Below, piece by piece: positions 24,228-33,952 of a stretch of 39,243 bases of DNA. The position numbers were made by a program, and so were the translations under genes. The DNA comes from Eubacteriales bacterium (GTDB taxonomy: Bacteria > Bacillota > Clostridia > Oscillospirales > CAG-272), in assembly GCA_045655025.1 (NCBI GenBank), contig JAZOOM010000235.1, positions 1 through 39,243 of the forward strand, given 5' to 3'. Numbering within the stretch: position 1 is the stretch's first letter; every line of letters begins with the position of its first letter. Under the pieces are notes generated by a model that was not told where the DNA came from, ran no database searches, and was given only the letters and a program-made list of their open reading frames with translations.

Positions 24228-26633
24228 ATGCTCCGCTATGAAATCAAAAAGATCCTCGGCAACCGCTTCGTCGTATTCTTCTTCCTCCTCATGTTTGCCG
24301 TCAATGCCGTCCTGTCGGCGGTCTCGGTCATGAGCATTCCGGCCTCCCCCGAGACAGACCTGTCCGCCGAGGAGCTGGCCGCCATTGAGGAGATCTTTGC
24401 CCGCTACGAGGAGGATCCCGAGGCATTTCTCACCGAAATGGACACTCTGTACGCCTACTCCCAAAGGCTGACTGAGGTGCAGGTGCAGATGACCATGGAT
24501 GCCATGATGAACGGGGTGGATCTGTCCACCCTGTCCATTCAGGACTACTGGCCTGAGTACAACGATGAAATTTGGGAGAAGATCCAGGAATACAACGGTA
24601 CCTACCGCTACTTCCGCAACGTCAAGAACTACATAGACGTCACCCGCATCGAAAAGTACGATGAGGTCATCGCCCGCGCCGAGGCCGCCAAGATCGAGTA
24701 CGTGGCCTTCGGCATGAGCGAGAACAGCTACGACTACCGCTATCAGGATGACGTCATCGACATTTACACCGTGGGCAAATACGTCCCCTTGGAGATCGAA
24801 CGGGACATTGGCTGGAACCACTATTTCGCCTACGCCGACGGCAATATCTGTCTGATTCTGTTCCTGCTTGTCCTCGTCCCGGGACTTTTGTTGGACGAAA
24901 AGAAGAACGGCACCTACCCTATCATCCGCGCCACCAAGTTGGGACGGCTCTCCACCATGCTGGCCAAGCTCGCGGCCATGCTGTCGGTGATCGTCATCGC
25001 CGTGCTGACCTTCTCGGTCACCACCCTGATCCTGTTCGGTGCAGAGTTCGGCTACTCGTCTCTGTCCAACTACATTCAGATCTTTGACGATTACCTGTTC
25101 TGCCCCTACATCGTCACCGTAGGTGAGTATCTGGGTCTGTCCCTGCTCATCAAGATCCTGACCCTGTTCGCGTTGGGGACAGTCATCCTCACCGCCTCCT
25201 TCTTGCTCCGCAACTACGCCCTGACCTACCTTACGGGGCTTGTCATCGGCGGCGTAAACTTCTTTGTCTACTTCACCGACTATCTGGATATCAACAGCCC
25301 CCTGCGCCTGCTCAATATCTTCACCATCATGGACGCCGAGGTCTGCTTCTCCCGCTACTACGCCATCAACGTCTTCGGCCGCTGTCTGCCCTACCTCACC
25401 GCCATTTTCCTGTTCATGGGGCTGATCGCGGTGATCTTCGGTGTCTGGGCGACCCTGCTCTACTGCCGCTCGGCGGGTGGACGCTCGTTGCGGAAGGGCA
25501 AAAAGCTCTTTAAGATCCCCAACGTGGCTCTGCCCTGCTTCATCCCCGGCTTTGCGGGCTTTGAACTGCACAAGGTGCTGTTCGCGGGCAAGTATATCCT
25601 GCTCATTCTCGCCATTCTGCTGGTCAAGGGCTACCAGATCCGCACCACCGATCCCGTCAACTACTCCTTCTCGGATACCCTCTACAAGGAGTACATGGCC
25701 ATGCTGGAGGGTGAAGTTACTCAGGAAAAGCTGGACTTCATCACCGACGAGCGTGCCGAGATCGACACCATCCGAGGCATGGAGAAGGAGATGGAGGCCA
25801 ACTACCGCGACGGCCTCATTACCTACGACGAGTACGTGGAGTACCAAGGACAGCTGGAGGACGCCAAGGCCAGAGACGAGGTGTTCAAGGTCGTGGAAGC
25901 CCGCAGAGATTACCTGCTGGAACAGATCGAGGCGGGTCACGATGCCCATTTCGTATATTCCACGGGCTGGAACCAGATGTTCGGGCGGGGCTTTGACTAC
26001 CTGCTTTACATCTTCGCCTTGGTGTTCGGCGCTATGCTCTTTACCACCGAGTACAGCGCTGGGGTATCGGGCATCCTCCGCGCCACCAAGCGGGGACGGG
26101 GGGAACTGTTCGCTACCAAGTATGTTATCGCCGTGGTCGCCTGCGCGCTTATGGCCATTGTTTGCGGCTATCTTGATCACACCAAGCTTACCGAGCTGTA
26201 CACCTTCGCCTCGGCTACGTCTCCTGTCCAGAGCCTCCCCATCCTTGGCGGCATCGGCTGGGATATGACCATCCACCAGTATCTCATGCTCTTTGAGACC
26301 CTCCGCGTGGTGGGTGTGGTGCTACTGGGCTTCATCACCGTGGCGGTGTCCGTCCTCTCCAAGAAGTCTGTCAACACCATGGCCACCGTCGCCCTTGTGA
26401 CGGTTGTCCCCTTCGTGTTCCGCCGCTTCGGGCTGGACTTCGCCCGCTATTTCGATTTCACCACCCTCCTGTCGGGTCACGAATACCTCACCCAATCGGC
26501 GGGCTCGGCTCTCTATTTCGTTCTGTTCACCGCCGTCGTCCTCGCGGTCTGTGCCGTACTGTTTGCGGTCAGCTTGGGACAATGGGTGGGATTCCGCCGA
26601 AGAGTACCCGGAAAGGAAAGGAGGATGCACTGA
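24228..26633 (+). CDS. Fused ABC-2-type transporter permease (Perm3)
   Basis: 801 aa, MLRYEIKKILGNRF. Two-half architecture (LLDEKKNGTYPIIRATKLG / TTEYSAGVSGILRATKRG), with about 6 hydrophobic segments per half. Confidence 0.85.
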   Translation: MLRYEIKKILGNRFVVFFFLLMFAVNAVLSAVSVMSIPASPETDLSAEELAAIEEIFARYEEDPEAFLTEMDTLYAYSQRLTEVQVQMTMDAMMNGVDLSTLSIQDYWPEYNDEIWEKIQEYNGTYRYFRNVKNYIDVTRIEKYDEVIARAEAAKIEYVAFGMSENSYDYRYQDDVIDIYTVGKYVPLEIERDIGWNHYFAYADGNICLILFLLVLVPGLLLDEKKNGTYPIIRATKLGRLSTMLAKLAAMLSVIVIAVLTFSVTTLILFGAEFGYSSLSNYIQIFDDYLFCPYIVTVGEYLGLSLLIKILTLFALGTVILTASFLLRNYALTYLTGLVIGGVNFFVYFTDYLDINSPLRLLNIFTIMDAEVCFSRYYAINVFGRCLPYLTAIFLFMGLIAVIFGVWATLLYCRSAGGRSLRKGKKLFKIPNVALPCFIPGFAGFELHKVLFAGKYILLILAILLVKGYQIRTTDPVNYSFSDTLYKEYMAMLEGEVTQEKLDFITDERAEIDTIRGMEKEMEANYRDGLITYDEYVEYQGQLEDAKARDEVFKVVEARRDYLLEQIEAGHDAHFVYSTGWNQMFGRGFDYLLYIFALVFGAMLFTTEYSAGVSGILRATKRGRGELFATKYVIAVVACALMAIVCGYLDHTKLTELYTFASATSPVQSLPILGGIGWDMTIHQYLMLFETLRVVGVVLLGFITVAVSVLSKKSVNTMATVALVTVVPFVFRRFGLDFARYFDFTTLLSGHEYLTQSAGSALYFVLFTAVVLAVCAVLFAVSLGQWVGFRRRVPGKERRMH

Positions 26634-26634
26634 T

Positions 26635-27876
26635 ATGAAACACTACATGAAACTAATCGCTATTCTTGCGGTTCTGTTCACCATGCTCGCCCTTACCGCT
26701 TGCCAAACGGGTATGCCCACAGAGGGCGAGACCAAGCCCGCCTTTGTCAATCCCCACGCCATCGAGCAAAGCGATTGCCTCGTTCACACCTTGGAAAATG
26801 AGGTTTGCACTACCTGCGGCTGGGAATACCAAGTCTCCGATGGCTTGGAGATCGGCATCGACGAGTACAGCGGTCAATACCTCGTCCTTGGCCGCGGGGA
26901 ATGCACCGACACCCAGATCTATCTCCCCACCACCCACGAGGGAAACACCGTCATGGGTGTCGCCATCGGGGCGTTTACGGGGGACGAGACCCTGACCCAC
27001 GTGGTGATCCCCGAGGGCATGACCGTTCTGGGAGACTCCGCTTTCAGCCGTTGCTCCAAGCTGGTTTCGGTAGAGCTTCCGTCAACCGTCCAGACCCTCA
27101 ACCGCGCCTTGTTTGAGGGCTGCTTCCGCCTCACGGACGTTGAACTCCCCGAAGGCATCACGTCCATTCCCGATTCCTTGTTCTCGGGCTGTTCCTCCCT
27201 CAAAAGCATCACCATCCCCTCCACCGTCACGAATCTCCACGGATGGGCCTTCAAAAAATGCCTGCGCCTTACCGAGATCACCATCCCCGAGGGGGTGACC
27301 GAGATCGGCAACGGTGCCTTTGAGGGCTGCCGTGACCTGACCACCCTGTACCTTCCCAAGACCCTCACCACCCTCAACGGATCCACCTTCAAGGACTGCG
27401 AATCCTTGACGGACGTTCACTACAGCGGCACCCTTGCCCAGTGGTGTAGCGTGCGGATCGACTTCCAGGATGCCAGCCCCACCATGCTCGCGGAGAATTT
27501 CTACGTGGACGGCGCACGGATCGAAGGAGACATTACCCTCCCCGAGGGTATCATTACCATTGGCAGTTACACGCTGGCAGGACTCCGCAACGTCACTTCC
27601 GTGACCGTCCCCGCCTCGGTGGCTTCTATTGGCGACAACGCCTTCAAGAACTGCGAAAAGCTTGCCTACCTCGTCTTGCAGGGCTCCACCCACGCGGGCA
27701 GTAACCCCTTCCCGAACACGGCGGTCAAGCACATCTACCTCACCGACACCCGCGAGGACGCCCTTTCCTACATCGCCTACTGGGCGGGTGCCTGCAAGTC
27801 GGCAGGGGCGGAGTTCCATTACGGCGATGCTTGGGAGTATGACGAGAACGGTGTGCCGCGGCTGAAAGAAGAATGA
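26635..27876 (+). CDS. BspA-type leucine-rich-repeat lipoprotein (LRR2)
   Basis: The track start at 26404 lies inside Perm3 in another frame. ATG 26635 follows GGAAAGGAGG and begins MKHYMKLIAILAVLFTMLALTAC (lipobox). C-x2-H-x6-C-x2-C cluster (CLVHTLENEVCTTC). LRR_5-like repeats (ITIPSTVTNLHGWAFKKCLRLTEITIPEGVTEIGNGAFEGC). Confidence 0.88.
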   Translation: MKHYMKLIAILAVLFTMLALTACQTGMPTEGETKPAFVNPHAIEQSDCLVHTLENEVCTTCGWEYQVSDGLEIGIDEYSGQYLVLGRGECTDTQIYLPTTHEGNTVMGVAIGAFTGDETLTHVVIPEGMTVLGDSAFSRCSKLVSVELPSTVQTLNRALFEGCFRLTDVELPEGITSIPDSLFSGCSSLKSITIPSTVTNLHGWAFKKCLRLTEITIPEGVTEIGNGAFEGCRDLTTLYLPKTLTTLNGSTFKDCESLTDVHYSGTLAQWCSVRIDFQDASPTMLAENFYVDGARIEGDITLPEGIITIGSYTLAGLRNVTSVTVPASVASIGDNAFKNCEKLAYLVLQGSTHAGSNPFPNTAVKHIYLTDTREDALSYIAYWAGACKSAGAEFHYGDAWEYDENGVPRLKEE

Positions 27877-27890
27877 AAGGAATCACGAAT

Positions 27891-29372
27891 ATGAAACGAA
27901 TCATAGCTATTTTGTTAGCCTTTATGACTGTCACGGCGGTATTTGCCTCCTGCAACCGCCGCGACAAATTTCGCCCCCCCGAGACCGACGTGCCCACGGG
28001 AGAGCAGACCACGGTCGCGGGACAGCCCGATATAAGTAATCCCGCCGAAACCAAACCTACCGACACCAACCAAAGCGGCGGGGATGTGACCGATCCGGGT
28101 ACCACAACTCCCGACATTCCCATTGGAGACCCCTCCACAGGTGATGCCGAAAACGACAAGATCGCCGGCAACCCTTACGAGGGATGGACAGCCGAGCAGC
28201 TGTATGCGTCCTTTATGGAGGATCAGGAGCGGTCGATTTATAACAACATAAACGAGAAGTTCGGAAATACCCCATATTACGTGATTCTGGGTGTCCAACA
28301 GGGTGGCACCATGTTCAGTAAGCTGACAGGACAGGTGGTGCAGATCTGCAAAGACCCTATCTGTGACCATGAAAATTGTATATTTAGTATGTTACAGCTA
28401 CTGTCATGTCTGGTTGTGGATGACCGTTGTTATCTGCTCATGTCGGGGTTCAAGGGGGATGTTTATGTCACCGGCCTGTATTCTTTCGATCTGCTCATGA
28501 ATGACGCAAAACTGGTTTGTGAGTGGAGCGGTGCCGATGCCCCCAGAAAAGCACACATACACAACGATAAGCTTTACTATTCTACGGAGATGAAGTTTGA
28601 TGACGGACAATACGACAGAGTCACAATGGTCTACGATATGAAGGAGAAAACAACCTCCCCTCTCCACCAAGAGCCGATTCGTTCCGGCGTAATTTGGTAT
28701 GAAGGTGCTTACGAATGGTACACGTTGCAGTCGGATGGTTCTCTCCGACGCTACAATATGGATACGGGAGAGGACGAGGAGATCCTTGCCGGAAGTCTCT
28801 TGAATCATGAGGAAGGCGAAACGGGCTTCTATTATATGGGTTCGGTCGGTCAGAAGGTATACGTTATGAAATATTTAACCGTAGGAGGGAACACAAATTG
28901 CAAGGAGTATGACCTGGAAACTGGTAATATGCAGGACATAGGGGATACGACCGTGTTGCTATACGACGATATGATCTACCAGGGAGTGAGGCACAATGTC
29001 ACGGAATACAAGAACGATCCGCACTATGAGTACTATTCTACGAAGGATAACGCAGGCTGCATCTACGGAGGCAAATTTTTTCAAAGAGACTCGAAAACAG
29101 GAGAGCTGCACGAGGTTGTGAGCCTTTCTACCGACGGAATTCCCGATTGCTTAATGGATTTTTGTATTCTTGACGGAAATTTCTTGATGATTAAATATCA
29201 AACCTATAAGGATTTTCAGAACCCCTACAGTCCCTCAATCCTCGAATGGGCAAGGAGTGATCGTTACGTTGTCGTCAATATGGAAACAGGAACGGTGTAC
29301 GAGCTGGGTGTCGATCTGTCCGACCAATCCTACCACAAATGGCTGGAAAAGCATGAAAAACATGAGAGGTAA
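27891..29372 (+). CDS. Cell-surface propeller-like lipoprotein, subfamily C (C4)
   Basis: ATG 27891 (MKRIIAILLAFMTVTAVFASC) with an AAAGGAA RBS. The track start at 27873 overlaps the LRR2 stop. Motifs CNRRDKFRPPETDVPTGEQTT, ICKDPICDHENCIF, LYSFDLLMND, DPHYEYY, YQTYKDFQNPYSP. Confidence 0.9.
   Translation: MKRIIAILLAFMTVTAVFASCNRRDKFRPPETDVPTGEQTTVAGQPDISNPAETKPTDTNQSGGDVTDPGTTTPDIPIGDPSTGDAENDKIAGNPYEGWTAEQLYASFMEDQERSIYNNINEKFGNTPYYVILGVQQGGTMFSKLTGQVVQICKDPICDHENCIFSMLQLLSCLVVDDRCYLLMSGFKGDVYVTGLYSFDLLMNDAKLVCEWSGADAPRKAHIHNDKLYYSTEMKFDDGQYDRVTMVYDMKEKTTSPLHQEPIRSGVIWYEGAYEWYTLQSDGSLRRYNMDTGEDEEILAGSLLNHEEGETGFYYMGSVGQKVYVMKYLTVGGNTNCKEYDLETGNMQDIGDTTVLLYDDMIYQGVRHNVTEYKNDPHYEYYSTKDNAGCIYGGKFFQRDSKTGELHEVVSLSTDGIPDCLMDFCILDGNFLMIKYQTYKDFQNPYSPSILEWARSDRYVVVNMETGTVYELGVDLSDQSYHKWLEKHEKHER
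27975..28099 (+). repeat. 125-nt tract 100% identical to 30952..31076 (C4 vs C6 5' regions)
   Basis: Base-by-base comparison from CCCCCCGAGACCGACGTGCCC through GTGACCGATCCGGG found no mismatch. The flanks and the rest of the genes are clearly diverged. Confidence 0.9.
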
Positions 29373-29379
29373 ATCAAGC

Positions 29380-30849
29380 ATGAAAAACAATCGGATTCTA
29401 ACCGCTATTTTGGCCACTCTTCTGCTGGCCTCCTCTCTCGCCTCCTGCTCCCGCCGCGACCAATTCCGTCCCGACGAAACGGATGCACCCACGGGGGAGC
29501 AGACCACGGTTGCGGGGCAGCCTGATGTGAATCATCCCACCGATACCAACCCCAACGGCGGAGATGTAACTGGTCCCAACACCTCCATCCCCGACATTCC
29601 CGTCGGAGACCCCTCCACGGGTGACGCCGAAAACGGCAAGATTACGGGTAACCCCTACGAGGGCTGGACGGCGGAGGAGCTGTATGCGTCCTTTATGGAG
29701 GATCAAGCACGGTCGTCGGTTGGCAATAACACAAACGGTGTTTTTGGGAACACGCCTTATTACATAATTCTTGATGTCCAGTATGGCGGGGCTATGTTCA
29801 GTAAGCTGACCGGGCAGGTGGTGAAGATCTGTAAAGACCCCCTCTGCGATCATGAAGCCTGTATATTCAGTAATGTAACCTTAATGATGCGTTCAGCATG
29901 TCAGGTCATAAATGACCGTATTTACCTGACATTGGATAAAGCCAACGACAAAACCGTCATGTATTCCTTTGATCTGCTCATGAACGACGCGGAGGTGATT
30001 TATGAATGGAACGGTGCAGACCAGCCCACGAAGGTGTATGTATATCGAAATAAGATTTACTATAACGCGAACATGAAGTTTGATGACGGACAATACGATA
30101 GGGTCACCATGGTGTACGATATGAAGGAGAAAACAACGTGTCCGCTCCGTGAAAAGCCTGTTCATCTCATAACATGGCACCAAGGATTCTATGAATGGTA
30201 CACGAATAAAGAAAACGGTACGCTTGGACGGTACAATCTGGATACGGGCAAGGACGAGATCATCCTTGACGAAAGCTGGCTGGATCGTGAAGCGGGCGAA
30301 ATTGACATTCGTTTTGCGGGGGTATCGGATCAAACGGTTTACGTGTGGAAAAACATCAATCACATCTTCTCGAACTGGCTGAAATACGATATGAGTACCG
30401 GTGAAATGCATGATATGGGAAGCCCAACATTGCTTATATACGATGAAAACATATATACAAGAATCAATCATTACGTAGAAGAAAACAAAAATGACCCTCA
30501 TTATGATTATTATCAAACTTATAACAATAACACTTCAAGCAACGGGACGAAATGGGGCGGAAAATTATACCGTTACAATGCCCAAACGGGAGAGTATGAG
30601 ATTCTCTTCCAGTTATGTACCGACGGTATTCCCGATAACTTAGAGCAGATTTTGATTATGGATGGGAAATATGCCTTGATCCAATATCAGACCTACAAGG
30701 ACTTCACTAACGTCTATAACACCAATATTCCCGAATGGGCAAACAGCCGCCGCTATGTTGTGGTGAATTTGGAAACAGGAACGGTGTATGAATTAGGTGT
30801 CGATCTGGATGACTCATCCTACCACAAATGGCTGGAAAGCCATAGATAA
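29380..30849 (+). CDS. Cell-surface propeller-like lipoprotein, subfamily C (C5)
   Basis: ATG 29380 (MKNNRILTAILATLLLASSLASC). The track start at 29257 is inside C4. Motifs ICKDPLCDHEACIF, MYSFDLLMND, DPHYDYY, YQTYKDFTNVYNT. Confidence 0.9.
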   Translation: MKNNRILTAILATLLLASSLASCSRRDQFRPDETDAPTGEQTTVAGQPDVNHPTDTNPNGGDVTGPNTSIPDIPVGDPSTGDAENGKITGNPYEGWTAEELYASFMEDQARSSVGNNTNGVFGNTPYYIILDVQYGGAMFSKLTGQVVKICKDPLCDHEACIFSNVTLMMRSACQVINDRIYLTLDKANDKTVMYSFDLLMNDAEVIYEWNGADQPTKVYVYRNKIYYNANMKFDDGQYDRVTMVYDMKEKTTCPLREKPVHLITWHQGFYEWYTNKENGTLGRYNLDTGKDEIILDESWLDREAGEIDIRFAGVSDQTVYVWKNINHIFSNWLKYDMSTGEMHDMGSPTLLIYDENIYTRINHYVEENKNDPHYDYYQTYNNNTSSNGTKWGGKLYRYNAQTGEYEILFQLCTDGIPDNLEQILIMDGKYALIQYQTYKDFTNVYNTNIPEWANSRRYVVVNLETGTVYELGVDLDDSSYHKWLESHR

Positions 30850-30861
30850 GGAGGCTTTCTC

Positions 30862-32337
30862 ATGAAACCCAATCGAATCATAACCGCTATTCTGTCCGCT
30901 CTTTTGCTGGCCTCGACTCTCGCCTCCTGCAACCGCCGTGACCAATTCCGTCCCCCCGAGACCGACGTGCCCACGGGAGAGCAGACCACGGTCGCGGGAC
31001 AGCCCGATATAAGTAATCCCGCCGAAACCAAACCTACCGACACCAACCAAAGCGGCGGGGATGTGACCGATCCGGGCACCACAACACCCGATATTCCCAT
31101 TGGAGACCCCTCCACAGGCGATGCCGAAAACGGCAAGATCACCGGCAACCCCTACGAGGGGTGGACAGCCGAGGAACTGTATGCGTCCTTTATGGCGGAT
31201 CAGGAGCGATCGGTTTATAATAACGTAAACGATATGTTTGGTAATACCCCCTATTATGTGATTCTGGACGTCCAGTACGGCGGTTACATGTTCAGTAAGC
31301 TGACGGGACAGGTGGTGCAGATCTGCAAAGACCCTATCTGTGACCATAAGACTTGTATATTCAATCACCGTACATCATGGATGAGATCGTGTCAGGTCGT
31401 GGATGACCGCTGTTATTTGGCGGTGGAAGGGTACAAGGGGGATATATATACGTGCAGCTTGTATTCTTTCGATCTGCTCATGAACGATGCGCGGTTAATT
31501 TGTGAGTGGAAGGATATGGATTGTCCCGACTCCATATATGTGTATCAGGGTAAGATTTACTACGACGCAGAGATAAAGTTTGATGACGGCCAATATGGTA
31601 ACGTTACCATGGTGTACGACATGAAAGAGCAAACAATGTATCCACTCCGTGAACAGCCTGTTCGTTGTACAGCAATCTGGTATGTAGGCGCCTATGAATG
31701 GTACACAAATGCAGAGATCGGCGCGCTTGGACGGTGCAATCTGGACACGGGTAAGGATGAGGTAATCGTATCGTCAAGCCTTTTGGATGCCGAGGCGGGA
31801 GACCTGGATTTCCGTTTTGTGGGGGTATCGGGTCAATCGGTATACGTGAGAAAAAACATTATCGACTATAACCATTTATATCTATGTTATGATATGGAAA
31901 CAGGTGAATTGCAGGAGATAGGAGGAATCACACCGTTCATATACGACGGTACATACTATCAAGTAGTGCTTCATAATGTTGATGAATATAAGGACGATCC
32001 GCACTATGAATACTATTGCAATAGTACCGCTGGACAAACTCGCTTTGGAGGTAAGTTTTATCGGACAGATGAGAAAACGGGGGAACTACACGAGGTTGTG
32101 AATCTTCGTACCGATGATATTCCCGATTCCTTAACAGACTTTTTGCTCCTTGACGGAAAGTTCTTGATGATCGAATATCAAACCTATAAGGATTTTAAAA
32201 ATCCCTACAGCCCCTCTATTCCCGAATGGGCGCGTAGCGAGCGTTATGTTGTCGTGAATCTGGAGACCGGGACGGTGTATGAATTGGGCGTTGATCTGTC
32301 CACCCAATCCTATCATAACCGCCCGGGCAGATCATAA
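30862..32337 (+). CDS. Cell-surface propeller-like lipoprotein, subfamily C (C6), mosaic of C4-like and C1-like segments
   Basis: RBS AAGGAGG. Lipobox STLASC. The N-terminal ~100 aa are nearly identical to C4. The middle (CQVVDDRCYLAVEGYKGDIYTCSLYSFDLLMND...IYVYQGKIYYDAEIKFDDGQY) is nearly identical to C1. Confidence 0.9.
   Translation: MKPNRIITAILSALLLASTLASCNRRDQFRPPETDVPTGEQTTVAGQPDISNPAETKPTDTNQSGGDVTDPGTTTPDIPIGDPSTGDAENGKITGNPYEGWTAEELYASFMADQERSVYNNVNDMFGNTPYYVILDVQYGGYMFSKLTGQVVQICKDPICDHKTCIFNHRTSWMRSCQVVDDRCYLAVEGYKGDIYTCSLYSFDLLMNDARLICEWKDMDCPDSIYVYQGKIYYDAEIKFDDGQYGNVTMVYDMKEQTMYPLREQPVRCTAIWYVGAYEWYTNAEIGALGRCNLDTGKDEVIVSSSLLDAEAGDLDFRFVGVSGQSVYVRKNIIDYNHLYLCYDMETGELQEIGGITPFIYDGTYYQVVLHNVDEYKDDPHYEYYCNSTAGQTRFGGKFYRTDEKTGELHEVVNLRTDDIPDSLTDFLLLDGKFLMIEYQTYKDFKNPYSPSIPEWARSERYVVVNLETGTVYELGVDLSTQSYHNRPGRS
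30952..31076 (+). repeat. 125-nt tract 100% identical to 27975..28099
   Basis: See the partner entry at 27975..28099. Confidence 0.9.
31408..31473 (+). repeat. Near-perfect tract shared with C1 (18464..18529)
   Basis: 36 + 29 identical nt separated by a single mismatch. Confidence 0.85.
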
Positions 32338-32350
32338 AAGGAGTTCGAGC

Positions 32351-33823
32351 ATGAAAACCAAACGAATTTTAGCTACTACGCTGGCCGCCCTTATGCTGGC
32401 ATCTACCCTCGCCTCCTGCTCCCGCCGCGACAAATTCCGCCCCGACGAGACCGATGCCTCCACAGGAGAACAGACCACGGTCGCGGGACAGACCAACGTA
32501 AGTAATCCCGCCGAAAGTAACCCCACCGACACCAACCAAAGCGGTGGGGATGTAACCGACTCGGATGCCACCGCTCCGCCTAATAATCCTATCATTACGC
32601 CTCCTCTCGTTGGTGGCGTAACCGAGAAGATCACCGGCAACCCCTACGAGGGCTGGACAATCGAAGAGTTATATGCGTCCTTTCAGCAGGAATCCGAGCG
32701 CTCGGTCTACAACAATGAATACGGCTTTTTCGGGAATACGCCCTACTACGTGATCCTCGACGTGCAGCATGGCGGCTATATGTTCAGTAAGCTGACGGGT
32801 GAGGTAGTGCCCCTGTGCAAGGATCCGCTTTGCGAACACAACTCCTGCATTTTCAGCCACAACACCCTCTTTCATCGGACGTGTCAGGTGGTTAATGATC
32901 GCATTTATCTGGTTGTGCTGGATGCCATCGGAATGCGGTACGTCCTGTATTCCTTTGACCTGCTCATGAATGACCCCAAGCTGATCTGCGAGTGGAAGGA
33001 TGCTCCCGATAACGCCACGATCTATGAGGGAAAGGTTTACTACAACACGCGCCTGAAAACCGATGACGGTAAGACCGTCTACAGCGGCATGGTTTACGAC
33101 ATCAAGGAAAAAACCACAACTCCCCTGTGGGAGGATCGCAGAGACTGCAACGCGATCCGCTACGATGGGGACTCTATATGGTATACGCCACGCAATGACG
33201 GCTCTCTCAGACGGTTTGATCGCGTTACAGGGGAGGATTCCGTTATCCTTTCGGGAAGCCTTTTGAACCGCGAGGCGGGGGAAACCACATTCGTGTTTCT
33301 GGCTGCCTCAGATCGGGAGGTGTACGTGCGGAAACGGTTGGCAGACGGCAATACCACAAACATTCTGCGGTACCATACCGAAACGGGTGAACTGACCGAC
33401 ACAGGATGGGGACAGGCTGTTTTGTACGGAGATCACGTCTACCTGAACATCTCCCATGCCGTGGAAGAGAATCGGGACGATCCCCATTATGAGTATTATT
33501 TCAACAGCAATACCTACGGCATCGGCACCCGCTGGGGTGGGAAATGGTATATGCACGATCCTGAGACTAGTGAGCCCCGCGTTATCGTGAATCTCCAAAC
33601 CGACGGTATTCCCGATTGCTTTGTCAATTCTCTGTTTATGGATGGCCGATTCGTTTTGATCGAATACCAGACCTACAAGGATTTCACCAATCCCTACAGT
33701 CCCACGGTTCCCGAGTGGGTCAGGAGCAGGCGGTACGTAGTGGTGGATCTTATTACAGGACAGGCATTTGATGCAGGCGTGGATCTGTCCAGGCAGACGG
33801 CGGAGAATCCCTATGGACGGTGA
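32351..33823 (+). CDS. Cell-surface propeller-like lipoprotein, subfamily C (C7)
   Basis: ATG 32351 (MKTKRILATTLAALMLASTLASC) with an AAAGGAG RBS. The track start at 32279 is inside C6. Motifs LCKDPLCEHNSCIF, LYSFDLLMND, DPHYEYY, YQTYKDFTNPYSP. Confidence 0.9.
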   Translation: MKTKRILATTLAALMLASTLASCSRRDKFRPDETDASTGEQTTVAGQTNVSNPAESNPTDTNQSGGDVTDSDATAPPNNPIITPPLVGGVTEKITGNPYEGWTIEELYASFQQESERSVYNNEYGFFGNTPYYVILDVQHGGYMFSKLTGEVVPLCKDPLCEHNSCIFSHNTLFHRTCQVVNDRIYLVVLDAIGMRYVLYSFDLLMNDPKLICEWKDAPDNATIYEGKVYYNTRLKTDDGKTVYSGMVYDIKEKTTTPLWEDRRDCNAIRYDGDSIWYTPRNDGSLRRFDRVTGEDSVILSGSLLNREAGETTFVFLAASDREVYVRKRLADGNTTNILRYHTETGELTDTGWGQAVLYGDHVYLNISHAVEENRDDPHYEYYFNSNTYGIGTRWGGKWYMHDPETSEPRVIVNLQTDGIPDCFVNSLFMDGRFVLIEYQTYKDFTNPYSPTVPEWVRSRRYVVVDLITGQAFDAGVDLSRQTAENPYGR

Positions 33824-33859
33824 CATGTAGGTAAATCCTATATTCCTTGACATTCGGTA

Positions 33860-33907
33860 AATTCGTGCCGATAAGGTATTTCGCGAAATCGCATCGTATG
33901 GTATAAT
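33860..33907 (+). promoter_or_regulatory. Third, diverged copy of the palindrome-containing promoter cassette, upstream of A4
   Basis: AAATTCGTGCC, then the perfect palindrome ATTTCGCGAAAT (33878..33889), then extended -10 TGgTATAAT (33899..33907). The palindrome-to--10 spacing matches copies 1 and 2. The leader hairpin is not conserved here. Confidence 0.55.
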
Positions 33908-33952
33908 GAAGCCGTACGATCCGATTTTGCATATAAAGAAAGGATACCGATT

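Noticed and set aside
25441-26268. Same-strand alternative-frame ORFs inside real genes, e.g. 25441..26268 (275 aa), 23767..24333, 13529..13861, 20988..21329.
   Set aside because: They are Pro/Ser/Arg/Thr-rich shadow frames nested within well-supported genes, with no start context.
27974-27980. Poly-C tract (7 C in C4, 6 C at 30952..30957 in C6) in the 5' coding region, considered as a slipped-strand phase-variation switch.
   Set aside because: The tracts are short and encode Pro-Pro in frame in both genes. No frameshifted paralog is visible. There is not enough evidence for phase variation.
33847-33852. Consensus TTGACA upstream of A4, considered as a -35 element.
   Set aside because: It is about 50 nt from the TGgTATAAT -10. 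The only hexamer at 17-nt spacing is GATAAG, which lacks the critical final T. At best it is a weak second promoter.
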